Positions 40,918 through 55,228 of a stretch of DNA of 64,000 bases are shown here, piece after piece. Position numbers and translations under genes: made by a program. Location: the NCBI GenBank assembly GCA_951406725.2, contig OX597820.1, forward strand, positions 26,846,001 through 26,910,000, in the 5' to 3' direction. The notes beneath the pieces were generated by a model. It was not told the origin of the DNA. It saw only the letters and a list, made by a program, of their open reading frames with translations, and did not search any database. The DNA comes from Octopus vulgaris (Eukaryota). Each line of letters begins with the position of its first letter. Positions within the stretch are counted from its first letter, which is position 1.

Positions 40918-43267
40918 AGTAATGTATGTTTATTTTTATTGTTAGAATGTTGGGTACAGTCACTGCGATATTTTCTGTTTTTGATTGACTACGATACGGG
41001 TTCAAATCACCCCGGGGTCAACTTTGCTTTTCATTGTTTTGGTGTGTGTGTGGCCCGTGATAAAAAAAAAACTGTACAGGGCAAAGGGTGTGTGGTTAAG
41101 CAGCACCGGACCAGTGCCTTGTGAGTGACTTTGATAGACGGAAACTGTGTGACAAGTCGTCGTATATATATGTATGTGTGTGTGTGTGTGTGTGTGTGTC
41201 TTTGTTTGTTTGTTTGTTTGTTTGTCACTCTACTTCTGTTTACGTCCCCGTATGTTAGCGATTCGGCAAAGAAAATCGATTGGATAAGTACAAGACAAAG
41301 ATAAGTACTAGGGTCGATTTGTTTCCCTAAAACCCTTCAAGGCATTGTCATAGTCCAGTTACTGAAGCAAATAAAAGATAAATCCAGAGCAGAGAATTGG
41401 CGGAACTGCTGGAAGGTCGAGCGAAATACTTTATGGTTTTAATCCGACTCTTAGAGTTCTGACAACAATGCGAGTAATGAAACTGATGCGAAACTGCATC
41501 GACTCTAGTTAGTGGCCCTTCCCTTGGATTACCATCGGTGGCATGGTGAGGGAAAGATTGAATGCATGGACAACTCCTCTTCCTCAAAACCTCTTGCTCA
41601 GGCCTGCACATACATCTGTAGATATATGTTCATCATTGGTCAACGGAGGATTATTTCTAATTTTGGCACAAGTATAGTAATTTTAGGAAGAAGGGCAACG
41701 CGACTACATCGATATCAGTGCTCAACTAGTATTTATTTTATCGACTCCTAAATGATGAAAGACAAGGCCAACCTCGGCGGTATTTGAAGTCAGAGCATAA
41801 AGAGTAAAAGCCGCGTAACTATTTTGCTACTTCGCCGCCTTACACTACAAGATAAATCCTTTTTAAATTTGGAACAAGAGCTGTAACATTTGGGAAGGAA
41901 GCTAGTCAATTACATCGACCCCATTGCTCAACTGGTACTTATTTAATCGATTCCGAAAGGGATAGACAGTAAAGTCGACCTCGGTGCCAACTGAATTGAG
42001 AACGTAAAGAGACGAAAGAAATACTGTGAAGTAACGATTCTCCTATCTCACCGCCTTACGTGAAAAGATAAATGAGAGCATATTATCTTTTTTGTATACC
42101 CAAGGCACAAAATCTCTGGCTACTGAGTTCAACAACCTTAAAGTAAGTACTGCTTGATCTTATATTTTACCATTATAGACAACAATAACAATTGGAAATC
42201 AACCCTAATATCTATCCTGCTGTTAAATTCCAGCAGGAAGACTGGATCTTTGAACGACGGATAACTGAACGGTCAAATAGGAAATACGAAAGTACCGATC
42301 CTTTCATTCTTTCGGAATGTCAATAAAAAAGTACGAAACTAGAGTGGTAGATAGGTGAAACTGGTTTTTATGAGAAGCTGATTTTTTTGGAGACCATCAT
42401 GAAGAAAAATGTTTGATATTAAATTAAATTAAATACTTTATAAACACTAGTGCAGAGGAGAAAATATGCACAGATCCACACAAGTTGGTGTAAAGACTAG
42501 TACTAGGTCAGTTGCACCAGAAACACACTTCTGGGTCACTAAAGTTCAAAGAAAATAAAAATGGAGAGAAAAAAAAACGAACAAAAACGTCCTTAAATGC
42601 TAAAGATAACTTATTAATTTACTATCAAAGCAACAACTAATATATATTATATGCACATCATGCTAAATTGTTAAGGAGTTCGCTTAAGGAGACAGTTCAG
42701 AGAGAACAGTAAAGAAAAGTAGACGATGGCCTATGATCTATAGAGAGCAAAGTGCTTAAGCAAAAGTTTAGTTGGTCGAACAATTGCATATTCATGGTCG
42801 AGAATTTTGATCAAGATCTATTTTAACTACAAGAGACTAAGCAACAAACAGTAGAAATCGATCAGGCGATCGATTATCATCATTATTGGTAATTTATAAT
42901 GACTTGTCAGAAAAGAAAGTGCGCCCATGACATTTCGAGCTCTCTCGAACTAAAGGGTGGAAGAGAGCTTATCCTTAGATCGGGGACCTGTGATGAATGA
43001 TTGTTGGGAGACTTTATGCAGCCGCTAGATCTATAAGAAATGGCAGCCAAACTATCCTTGAATTCAACCCCTATCATCTTAAACAAAGACAAATACAAAC
43101 AACAGCAAACACAAACCCACAGATACATTTGATAGTGCAGTCCTAGATACATGTGTCCGAAAAAAAAAATAGTGGTTGAAAGCCGGAATATATTTGATAA
43201 TTGTTCTGCTCAGACTCACTGCTGAACTGAAACCAAATAGCACCAATTCTTATGAATTATGCAGTAT

Positions 43268-43648
43268 AGGTGCAGGAGTGGCTGTGTGGCAAGTAGCTTG
43301 CTAACCAACCACATGGTTCCGGGTTCAGTCCCACTGCTATAGCCCCGGGCCGACCAATGCCTTGTGAGTGGATTTGGTAGACGGAAACTGAAAGAAGCCT
43401 GTCGTATATATGTATATATATGTATATGTATGTGTGTGTATGTGTTTGTGTGTTTGTGTTTGTCTCCCTAGCATTGCTTGACAACCGATGCTGGTGTGTT
43501 TACGTCCCCGTCACTTAGCGGTTCGGCAAAAGAGACCGATAGAATAAGTACTGGGCTTACAAAGAATAAGTCCCGGGGTCGATTTGCTCGACTAAAGGCG
43601 GTGCTCCAGCATGGCCGCAGTCAAATGACTGAAACAAGTAAAAGAGAG
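43268..43648 (+). mobile_element. Family B SINE (small internal deletion)
   Basis: tRNA-like head ggagtggctgtgtgg...gggttcagtccc, internal microsatellite, tail gactgaaacaagtaaaagag. Confidence 0.9.
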
Positions 43649-44482
43649 TATCCATGCTGCTTCTAGTAGCGAATAGTACTTAACTATGAAAAGCAATTTG
43701 GTGTACTTAGGTCCACTGGTTCATAAGAAAGTTAAAGCGCCAAATATGACTGACGATTCATTGGCTGCGAGTCTTTATCTTCTCAGCGTTTCAAAGTATG
43801 GATTTCATGCAAGGAAGCAATATCAAATACTTGTTCATCATTCAACAGCTACATCTCTATTTACTAGTCGTCGAAAAGAAGAACATAGTTTTGAAAGCCG
43901 ACTGTTTATGCTTCTTTATTGTTTCGGTAAAAAAAAAAAAAAATAATACCGCAAAGCACTGAGTATACGTGTTGTTAAGTAATCGCTATTGCATAAAAAC
44001 GAAAGAGTGTTATAGATTGTGTCAGGTTTAACACACAGAAAGAAACCTAGAAGATATAAGACATATTGAAATCGCTGGTGATGCAGATCACAGACCAACT
44101 TCAGCTACGTTTAACGTTGATTGGAAGTGTTTCGTTTTGTACTTATTTATTTATATATTTTTGTGTTGTTCTTCTCTTTGTAGCATCAACGAATATTAAG
44201 AAAATAATAATAATAATAATGATAATAATAATAATCATAGTAACGGCAACATGATAATAACAATGGAAAAATAGAAAGATTAATGAGAAGAGAGCAGGAA
44301 AAGAATAAAATAACAACGTGGAAAAAGTATAGAATTATTATGTAAGAATATATATATATATATATACACGCATACAGATATATATATATATATATATATA
44401 TACATACATACACACGCACACACACACATATATATACATACATATATATAAACACACACATACACATATATATACATACATA

Positions 44483-44636
<154 letters not shown>

Positions 44637-45298
44637 CACACACATATATAGTTAGATACATAAACGAGTAGAAGAAAAGAGTAAGGAAGTGAAAGAGAAT
44701 GAAAAACAAATAAAAAAACGCCATAGAAAATAGTACAACGTAGAAAAGTAAAAGAATGATATAAATAGAAGGGAAGAGAGAGAGAGAGAGAGAAAGAAAA
44801 AGAGAGAGAAAGAGGAAAGGGAAAAAGTGAATTAGCAGAACGAAGTATAGAAGTGAGGAAAGATAAAATAAAGACAGAATTATGAAGAGAAGGAAGAAGA
44901 AAAGGAGAAAATGGAATGAGAAAATAGGAAGTAGAACGAAGGGGAAAAGTAAAATGCGAAGTACGGATACTAAGAAAAAAATATCAGAAAAAAATCCAAG
45001 AAAATCTTAAGAAAGTGAAACAAAAATAAAGAAGAGAAAAAAAATAGAAACAAGAAGAGAAAAAGAGGAAATGTTTTAGAAAAAAGAAAAAATTGAAAAT
45101 AATGGATAAAGAAAAGAACTACGTTTTATAAAAAAAAAGTGAGAGAAAAAAATGAAGGACAACTAAGAAGGAAAATACAAAACAAAAACGGAAAAGGTAA
45201 TAAAAAAAAGATAGGGGAAAAAATGACCGAGATATAAAATGAGATAAAATAGGTTCTTGAAATAAAGTATGATAGTTGTTAGTGTAATAGAATATAAT

Positions 45299-45357
<59 letters not shown>

Positions 45358-45870
45358 ATGTGTGTGTGTGTGTTCATATGTATACCAATATATATGTTGT
45401 GCGCACGTGTGGTTTATGTGTGTGTGTGTATGTGTGTGTATGTGTATAGATGCATACGAAGTAGACGGTTAAACTGGAATATGGTTTAAAGTAAACGTAA
45501 ATGGATAATCGTCGGTTCCAGTATTATGAATACGGCAGTTGTTTCATCCTCTAAACTGCGTAGTCAATTGAAGTATAATGTTAGTAGCCGAGTATTCCGC
45601 ATATATATAAGGTACCCCTGACGTAAACCTCCAGGAAGAATCATCAGCGTCACATAGTGTGAGAGTGGAAAAGCTTGTCCTTCGAATTACCTGTTCAATC
45701 CCTAGCGGTTTTTGTCCACTTAGTTTCACTCACAAAATGAATTTTTTGTCTTCATAATTTCTCTAAAAAAGACTATCCGAATCTACGGTATAAAGACAAT
45801 TGGCCACGATGTAACCATGCAGTGGGATCAAACTCACAACTTCATAATTTTCAAAAGATCTTTTAAACTA

Positions 45871-46383
45871 CCGTAAATCCTAGAATATAGTCCGCCGTTG
45901 AGTATAATACGCAGGGGATTTTTAGGGGGCTGTACCACTGAAAAACCTAAACCTTGTGTATAATACGCACCCCTTCTCTAACTTAGGTGAAAGAGGTCTG
46001 TATAACGTCCTTGGTTTGTAAAACTGTATACGGAAACGTCCTTTATTATTATTGTATATATAACATAATGCAAACGTGTAGCTTTTTTTGTGCATTTTGT
46101 TTGCAGAAAATAAAGAAATAACAGCAATAAAGTTTAATAAATGTTGCTCACTGCAAGTTATGGATGATTCTTTTATGACTTCATTGCTTTCAGGCTTAGC
46201 TTAAGGTATTTTCGTGCCCGACATCACAAAATGCGTCTGAATAAACATTGCCGGACAGCAAATAGAGACTCGGACATTGGTTCGAAAATATTTTTCATTT
46301 TTAACCTCATATATAGTACGTACTAGGGATTTTGACCTTTAAATCTTAAGAAAAAAATGCGGATTATACTCGAGGATTTACGG
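45871..46383. mobile_element. pogo/Tigger-like MITE
   Basis: TIRs ccgtaaatcctagaatatagtccgc / gcggattatactcgaggatttacgg with TA TSD. Confidence 0.85.
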
Positions 46384-46639
46384 TAGTAGGCCATTTCTGT
46401 GTACTTAGGATGCAATGCAAAGAAGATAGAACAAATAGAGGTTTAGAGAATATGTCAGAATGAGAGACAGATTGAAGACAAACTCAGTACTCTAACTAGA
46501 CACGTTTAGCACGTTGTTGCTGTTGTAGTTGATTAATTCTTGGTCAAATTTGATTTTGAGCAGAATAATGATCAAAGATAAAGATATGATCGGCTATGTG
46601 CATATCACAAAACCCCCACACAGAACAACTGCGTAATTT

Positions 46640-46655
46640 ATGCACACACACACAC

Positions 46656-46688
<33 letters not shown>

Positions 46689-46860
46689 CATATATACGAC
46701 AGGCTTCTTTCAGTTTCCGTCTACCAAATCCACTCACAAGGCATTGGTCGGCCCGGGGCTATAGCAGAAGACACTTGCCCAAGATGCCACGCAGTGGGAC
46801 TGAACCCAGAACCATGTGGTTGGTTAGCAAGCTACTTACCACACAGCCACTCCTGCGCCT
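46640..46860 (-). mobile_element. Family B SINE, 5' half
   Basis: Near-identical to 47590-47770. Confidence 0.85.
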
Positions 46861-46867
46861 TGTTGTG

Positions 46868-46951
<84 letters not shown>

Positions 46952-46952
46952 T

Positions 46953-47255
46953 GGAGGCACATGGCCTAGTGGTAAGAGCAGCGGAATCGCGGTCGAGGGA
47001 TCGCGGGTTCGAATCTCAGACCGGGCGATGTGTGTGTTTATGAGCGAAACACCTAAGCTCCACGCGGCTCCGGCAGAAGTTAATGGCCAGCTTCTGCTGA
47101 CTCTTTCGCCACAACTTTCTCTCACTCTTTCCTCCTGCATCTTACAGCTCACCTGCAACGGACCGGTTTCCCGTTCAGGTGGGGAACCTATACGCCAAAG
47201 AAACCGGGAAACCGGCCCTTATGAGCCAGGCAAGGCTCGAGAAGGAACAAACAAT
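46953..47255 (+). mobile_element. Family C SINE
   Basis: Homologous to 40608-40917, with A and B boxes. Confidence 0.85.
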
Positions 47256-47370
47256 ATATATATATGTAATTTTTTTGACTAATATGTCAAAATCCTACCC
47301 GTTATAACGGGCAATGGAAAGATGAGTCGAAACTATCGTTGTCTGAATATAGACTACTGCCAAATCTATA

Positions 47371-47770
47371 CTCTTTTACTCTTTTACTTGTTTCAGTCAT
47401 TTGACTGCGGCCATGCTGGAGCACCGCCTTTAATCGAGCCACTCGGCCCCGGGACTTATTCTTTTGTAAGCCCAGTACTTATTCTATCGCCGAACCGCTA
47501 AGTAACGGGGACATAAACACACCAGCATCGGTTGTCAAGCAATGCTAGGGGACAAACACATACACACAAACACACACACGCACATATATATATATATACA
47601 TATATACGACGGGCTTCTTTCAGTTTCCGTCTACCAAATCCACTCACAAGGCTTTGGTCGGCCCGAGGCTATAGTAGAAGACACTTGCCCAAGGTGCCAC
47701 GCAGTGGGACTGAATCCGGAACCATGTGGTTGGTAGACAAGCTACTTACCACACAGCCACTCCTGCGCCT
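47371..47770 (-). mobile_element. Family B SINE, full length
   Basis: Reverse complement of the 43268 copy. Contains CORE-like gtggcaccttgggcaagtgtctt. Confidence 0.9.
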
Positions 47771-47811
47771 ATCTTCCGTTTCCTTCATCAATCATTATTA
47801 TCATTATTATT

Positions 47812-48270
47812 ACTGAGTGAGAGAGCAATGCATATCATCAAAGTGACACTGGGGTAAAATATACGAAGCCCAGTATACCCATAATGACTACCCGTCTGAT
47901 AAGGGTACACCAGGCACATGCATCATAACCATATGTGCGTGACATGGTGATCTCGTATCAAGATAAACAGCACATGACCTTGCAGGTGGGCCCCAGTTAG
48001 AATTTTCTTCTGGTCGAGTAACCCATCCCGCTCAAAAGGTCTCTGAATAAAGATTGTTTAAGGATGTTGAACGAAGCACTTATGTTTCCAGAGGTGAATT
48101 ATTGAAACCCCAAAGAATTCTATGATGGTTCCCCACTACTTTTGCTCGTGATCAGAGATGCACATATCGTCAGCCAATAAGGGACATGGTCAACTGGTTA
48201 AGGTCAAACAACTGACAAGCAAATCTGTGGTATTTGCTGTAGCCCATCTGTTATACCAAGACAAAACAAT
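47812..48270. repeat. Interspersed repeat flanked by (ATT)n; partial second copy at ~31330-31500
   Basis: Both share ctcgtgatcagagatgcacatat...caactgacaagcaaatctgtggta. Confidence 0.7.
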
Positions 48271-48284
48271 TATTATTATTATTA

Positions 48285-48340
<56 letters not shown>

Positions 48341-48360
48341 ATAATACATGTATGTATGTA

Positions 48361-48432
<72 letters not shown>

Positions 48433-48753
48433 AGAGAGAGAGAGAGAGAGATATGAAAGAAGGTTGTGGTATAAGGCAAGAAGAATACGATAAGGCACAA
48501 AGTAAACTGCAAAAGGAAAAGAAAACTGAACAAAGTTGCAGTTTTACCTTTTTTTACCTTGCTTCACCTTGAAATTTGTTCTGCTTTCCTTCTCTTTCGT
48601 AGTTTATCTTGTAGCTTCGCGCATTTTACTTATCTTACACAACAACATTCTTTACACAACAACCTTCTTTAAAGTTATACGTCACAATGCTTCGCCAAAA
48701 CTACCTGATATATATATCTATATATATCTATGTATGTATATATATATATGTGC

Positions 48754-48795
<42 letters not shown>

Positions 48796-49189
48796 GTATA
48801 TGTATATATACATATCTCTCAAAAGGAGATAATCAGTAACAGCACGATAAAGTGATGGCTTGTTGCTAACATAATGTGGCAGTCCCAGGAAAGGGAGGGA
48901 TGTTACTGTTATTTAGCCCCTAGAAATTTCGTTTCTGGCAGGCTAAATGACACAAACGTTCTGTGTCCTTATGTTTTCGAACAGGGGAGATTAGCACCCA
49001 GCAAAACCCAACATCTACGGACTAGTTTCAGGGTTATTGCTCTTTATCAGCGTGGTGTAGTTTTAATTTGCCAGATGTCGCTGCCAATCTGCTTTCGAAA
49101 ACTTATAGAATTCAAAGTGAAAGACATTCACTGATCTACAAAAATAGAAATATCACACACAGACACAGACACACACACATGTGTATATA

Positions 49190-49497
49190 CTACGGCACTC
49201 CGTCGGTTACAACGACGAGGGTTCCAGTTGACCCAATCAACGTAACAGCCTACTCATGAAATTAACGTGGCTAAGCACTCCATAGATTCAGCCCTTTGAA
49301 ATACGAGTATAACAGAAAGAGAAAGAAAAAGTGACAGAAAGTTGTGGTGAAAGAAAACAGCAGGGTTCGCCACCGCCCCTGCCGGAAATTCGTCGAGCTT
49401 TGAGTGTTTCCGTTCAATAAACGCTCATAACGCCCGGTCTGGGAATCGAAACCGCGATCCTATGAACGCGAGTCTGCTGCCCTAACCACTAGGCCAC
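49190..49497 (-). mobile_element. Family C SINE
   Basis: Reverse complement of the 40608 head (cgcccggtctgggaatcgaaaccgcgatcc). Confidence 0.8.
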
Positions 49498-49568
49498 ACA
49501 TACACACACACACATAATATATATATATATAATACCTGTGTATCTGTGTATCTATAGACATATATATT

Positions 49569-49619
<51 letters not shown>

Positions 49620-49833
49620 GCATATATATATGCATACACATACATACATACATACATACATACATACATACATACATACATACATACATACATACATACA
49701 TACATACATACACACACATATATGTATGTATATTATCTATACACTAACAGGAGCAAGCACATGATGCAAAACGAGGTGGAAAAACATAGTACTCGAATAC
49801 CTAAGGTAGAGTATGATGCTTTTTCTTTTTTAC

Positions 49834-50219
49834 TAAAGCTGTAAAAACATCACTATACTGATGGTCAAAGTTTCACGTTTCCATTCGTCGGACAGTTGTG
49901 ATCGAGACTGGAATAAAATTCTGATGGTACATGTAATATATCATTTGATATGATCCAATTTGACGAATAAGCATTTGTATTTGATTGGGTATATTATTTT
50001 CAAAACATAAAATTCATTCAGTGTTGTATTCGAATACAACACCGTTTATGTTTTGAAAATAGTATAGCCAAGCAAATTCAAATGCTTCTTTGATATAATA
50101 GATTATATCAAATGATATATTACACGTACCATCAGAATTTTATTCCAGTCGTGATCACAACTGTCCGAAGAACGGAAACGCGAAACTTTGACCATCAGTT
50201 TTGTGATGTTTTTTCAGCT

Positions 50220-50222
<3 letters not shown>
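49834..50222. repeat. ~390-bp imperfect palindrome (probably Penelope-derived)
   Basis: Arms mirror around the central perfect palindrome gtgttgtattcgaatacaacac. Confidence 0.9.
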
Positions 50223-50275
<53 letters not shown>

Positions 50276-50288
50276 AATGATAATAATG

Positions 50289-50349
<61 letters not shown>

Positions 50350-50584
50350 TAATAATAATAATCGTTTCCTACGCAAAATACTATCTATGTAATCTCAAGT
50401 TTTAAAACAAACATAATTTTCTTATGGTTTCTTAAACATTCTCTAGAGCAACACTATGTACAAAGCCAAATATATGGCACCCTAGGCATAACACCAACAT
50501 GAGCTTCCAGCTTGTTGTCTCTTGTGGTCTCTGGGTGAGACTTGGAGCGAACTTGTACAAATGTAAAGCAGAAGTCAAACATAA

Positions 50585-50621
<37 letters not shown>

Positions 50622-50777
50622 TATGTATGTATGTATTTGCGGCTGTGTGTATTTGTGCCTGTGTCTGTCTGTATATGCATACAAACACGCATACATATAT
50701 AAACGCATGCGCTCATCTTATTCGTTGTTCAGCAGTGCGTCTTCAAAAACTGTACTTGTAACACACACACACACACA

Positions 50778-50838
<61 letters not shown>

Positions 50839-51753
50839 ACACACAGACACGCGTACACATACACACATACGGACACACACATGCACACACATACAAACAC
50901 AAATGTGGCAAGTTTTCACAGTTTCCGTCTTCCAAATTCACCTCGGGCAAGTGCTTCCTACTATAGCTCTGGCACTGGTCGGATCATGGCTATAGTAGAG
51001 AAACTTGCCCAAGGTGTCGTGTAGAGGGACTGAACCCGGAACCGCGTGGCTGCGTTGCAAAATAGATTACAAAGAAAGCAAGCTGGTAACGTATAAATTT
51101 TTAACAGTAAATTCAATCAAAGCAAGGAACTTACAGCCAAGACTGGAAAACTAAAACATATGTTTTAACTTTTACTCGTTTTAGTCATTAGACTGCGGCC
51201 ATGCTGGGGCACCGCCTTCAAGAATTTTTAGTCGAACGAATCGACACCAGTATTTCTCTTTTAAGTCTAGTACTTATTCTAACGGTCTGTTTTGCTGGGC
51301 TACTAGACTACAGGAACATAAAGAAACCAACACCGGCTGTCAGGTGGTGGTGAGGGACAAAGATAGACACAAAGACACATACACACATTGATATACAACA
51401 GACTTCTTCCAGTTTCCGTCAACCATTCACAAGGATTGTCGTATGTATATATGGTTGGTAAGCAATCTACTTACCACACAGCCACTCCTTCGCCTATAGC
51501 CACTCTTGCACCTGTAGCCACTCAATATATATATATATTCTTTTATTTGTTTCAGTCATTTGACTGCAGCCATGCTGGAGCACTGCCTTTAGTCGAGCAA
51601 ATCGGCCTCAGGACTTATTTTTTGTAAGCCTAGTACTTATTCTATCGGTCACTTTTACCGAACCGCTATATTACGGGGGACAACATTCGGATGCCGAGGT
51701 GGAAATCCACGCCGCCATCTCTTTAGTTATCCGGCTATCGGAAAAATGCTATG

Positions 51754-51791
<38 letters not shown>

Positions 51792-52332
51792 CATGTATAG
51801 AAAAGAAAAGACAAAGACAAGTGTATGAACAACAAGCAAATGTAATAGTATGATACTCGGGAAAAATGAAAAAGTCTTTTATGTTTTGAGCCTACGCTCT
51901 TCAACAGAAAGGATTAAGAGAAAATAAACAGAGAGAATGAAAAGAATATACATGCATAAAAACACCCACCCACACATCCGTATGTGTGTGTGTGTGCCCG
52001 CGAGCACATATGCACTAGTGATTAAGGATCAAAGCAATTTCAGTGTCTGCCGACAGTATCATCCTCCAAACTGAGCGGCATCGTGTTTTTTTCGCTTTTA
52101 CACCATACTGTATCACATCTTTGTCTTTCGCTAATCATGCGGCTATTCCATGCAACTGTAACCATCCAATAATGCAAGACTTACTTTACATATGAACGCA
52201 CACACACATAAGAATATATAAACACATATATAAATGCACGCATGCACACACACACACACTCACACACATAATGTGTGAGTGCATTTATATATACATATAC
52301 GCGTATATTTATATATATTGAGAGAGAGAGAG

Positions 52333-52639
52333 ACCCCCTTCGGCCATGAATGACCATGCGCTTGCACCTAGAAAGTTACCCTCCGAGACACAAGCCCGGG
52401 TAAGGTTGTTTATGGAAGACCAGCAGTTGCTTATGAATACCAGCCTCCCCTCTCCACACCACTGATGTTATCCAAGATTGGCACCTGTGACATCGCAACT
52501 CATTTCTACAGTGAACTGAAGCAACGTGAAATAAAGTGTCTTGTTCAAGAAAACAACACACAGCCGGGTCCGGGAATCGAACTCACAACCTTACGACCGT
52601 AAGCTCGACACTCTAACCACCGAGCCATGTGCCTTCACA
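52333..52639 (-). mobile_element. Family D tRNA-derived SINE
   Basis: Head gaaggcacatggctcggtggttagag...gagttcgattccc. Partial copies lie at about 7517, 37150, 56140 and 63267. Confidence 0.8.
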
Positions 52640-52665
52640 CATACACACACACACACATATATATA

Positions 52666-52714
<49 letters not shown>

Positions 52715-53080
52715 ACATGCACACACGCACATATATAAATATACGTACATAGATATAGATACACATATACATACACATATACTCACATGTATATACATAG
52801 ATGCACACACATATACTGCATACACATTTATACGTACACACAAACATGCATACAATCTGAGGACATCTGCGCCATTAAATTCATCGGTAAAATATAAATA
52901 AATGTATAATGCTGTTATTTGCCGGTTAACATACGGATTCCAGAGACGAAGCAAGAACTTACACAGAACAGTTAATGTCAATAGCAACAAGTACACTACC
53001 ACCACCACCATCACCACCACCATCACCATCACAACAAACAATTACAACGACAACAGCAACAACAAAGAAACACAATAATA

Positions 53081-53125
<45 letters not shown>

Positions 53126-53512
53126 TTGATAAACTCGAAGCTAATACAAAAATTGAAAAAAAACAACAAAACAAACAAACAAAACAACTAACCGAAAATT
53201 GTGAAAATAAATAACACTCTTAAAATAAATCCGTTTTGAGATAAACCAGAAAGCCAATTTATTGTTAACAACAACAGCAACAACGAAAACAACAACAACA
53301 ACCACAATAACAACAACAACGACAACAAGAAAAAAATAACAATGAACATGGAATTGTAACAATAGAAATACGATAGAATAAAAGAATGAATGAGGATGAA
53401 GAAACCAACGAATACCACATTTTGGTGATATGTAGTGATGGATAGAGTTAGGGGTAATTTAAAGAAGCAATATCATAGCACCTCACCATCCGTAGGGACC
53501 TCATATATATAT

Positions 53513-53547
<35 letters not shown>

Positions 53548-53754
53548 AATTTAAAATTAAGGATAAAATCTTTATAAGAAATTATCAGCAGATAGCGTGG
53601 AAAACCTCGCAAGAGAAAAAATCTGTAAATGTTTCCACTTTGAAAATATTTATTTATATTATATAGAGGGTACTATTATTAATAGGTACCGCACGCTAGG
53701 AGGGACTCTTGCAGCCAAAACTACTAAAATAAACAAATTGTACCGAATGCAAAA

Positions 53755-53790
<36 letters not shown>

Positions 53791-54005
53791 TACGCATATC
53801 TCACCACCCAAGTTAACAAAGAACTTACTAGATTTATGAACTAAAGTGCAAAATTTACGTTATTAAAAGATTTAAAAAATGATAAATTAACCTTAGAACT
53901 ACCTGTGAAGTCATTCTTTTCATTTTTTCAAATATACTTAAATGTACCCAGGATCTCACACATTATCCAATAAACACACACACACACACGCACACGCACA
54001 CACAT

Positions 54006-54402
54006 ACTCTTTTACTCTTTTACTTGTTTCAGTCATTTGACTGCGGCCATGCTGGAGCACCGCCTTTAATCGAGCAACTCGACCCCAGGACTTATTCTTT
54101 GTAAGCCTAGTACTTATTCTATCGGTCTCTTTTGCCGAACCGCTAAGTGACGGGGACATAAACACACCAGCATCGGTTGTCAAGCAATGCTAGGGGGACA
54201 AACACAAACATACACGCACACATATATATACATATATACGACAGGCTTCTTTCAGTTTCCGTCTACCAAATCCACTCACAAGGCTTTGGTCGGCCCGTGG
54301 CTATAGTAGAAGACACTTGCCCAAGGTGTCACGCAGTGGGACTGAACCTGGAACCATGTGGTTGGTAAGCAAGCTACTTACCACACAGCCACTGTTGCGC
54401 CT
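54006..54402 (-). mobile_element. Family B SINE, full length
   Basis: Near-identical to 47371-47770. Confidence 0.9.
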
Positions 54403-54406
54403 ATTA

Positions 54407-54780
54407 TCTCTCTATATATAAACGGCAGTTTGTCTGTGTGTGTGTCTGTGTGTCTGTCAGGTTGTACCCTCACCCTGACCACGGCTTTCAACCGATTCTG
54501 ATGAAACTTGACACACTCATAGCCCAATGTCATAATTCAAAACTAACGCAGCGAAAATTTTGAAAAGTTCCCCCAGTTCTGAAAAAAATTGATAAATTCG
54601 ACATGGGGTCGAGAATCAGAAACACAAACCACAGACTGTCTAGGGGACGCAACTCGACCCTTTTAACTCTCAAAAAAAAATTTACCATCATTTTTTTCCC
54701 ATTTTTTTGCTATAACTCTCTAAAAATGCTTTATAGCTATTTCCCTTACAAACCCGAGCAACGCTGGGCGATACTGCTAG
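54407..54780 (+). mobile_element. Non-autonomous Helitron
   Basis: A|TC start, subterminal hairpin cccgagcaacgctggg, CTAG|T end, no TSD. Confidence 0.85.
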
Positions 54781-54804
54781 TATATATATATATGTATATA
54801 TGTA

Positions 54805-54855
<51 letters not shown>

Positions 54856-54953
54856 ATATATATATATATATATATATATCAGCGACAGTGGACGCTGGAA
54901 AAAGTATAAGTATTTGTGAAGGAAATCTAATTCTCGGCGACAACTGTGATTGT

Positions 54954-54998
54954 CACACGCTGACGAGAGGTCAATACCTCGAAACTCGAGTCCGTGTG
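54954..54998 (+). ncRNA. Intact minimal type I hammerhead ribozyme (Penelope/retrozyme type)
   Basis: CACACG-CUGACGA-GAGGU-caau-ACCUC-GAAA-CUCGAG-UC-CGUGUG. Perfect 6-bp stem I, 5-bp stem II, palindromic stem III and a GUC site (cleavage after 54992). Confidence 0.9.
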
Positions 54999-55162
54999 TA
55001 TCATAAGTTGAAGACGGGAAGGATGACTTCCCTTTGCAAATACTGACAGGACACAGATAGTGTGTCTATGGCCAGCTGGAGGAGTGTGTCCTCCTGGGGC
55101 TAAAAACTACAGTAGCATCCACCCTTAGGGGTTAGCCATATTGAAGTGGCAAAAATACGTCA

Positions 55163-55228
<66 letters not shown>

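Noticed and set aside
51870-51912. Minus-strand CUGUUGAA-GAGC-GUAG-GCUC-AAAAC hammerhead-like motif
   Set aside because: There are several core deviations in this copy, so it cannot be supported without a family consensus.
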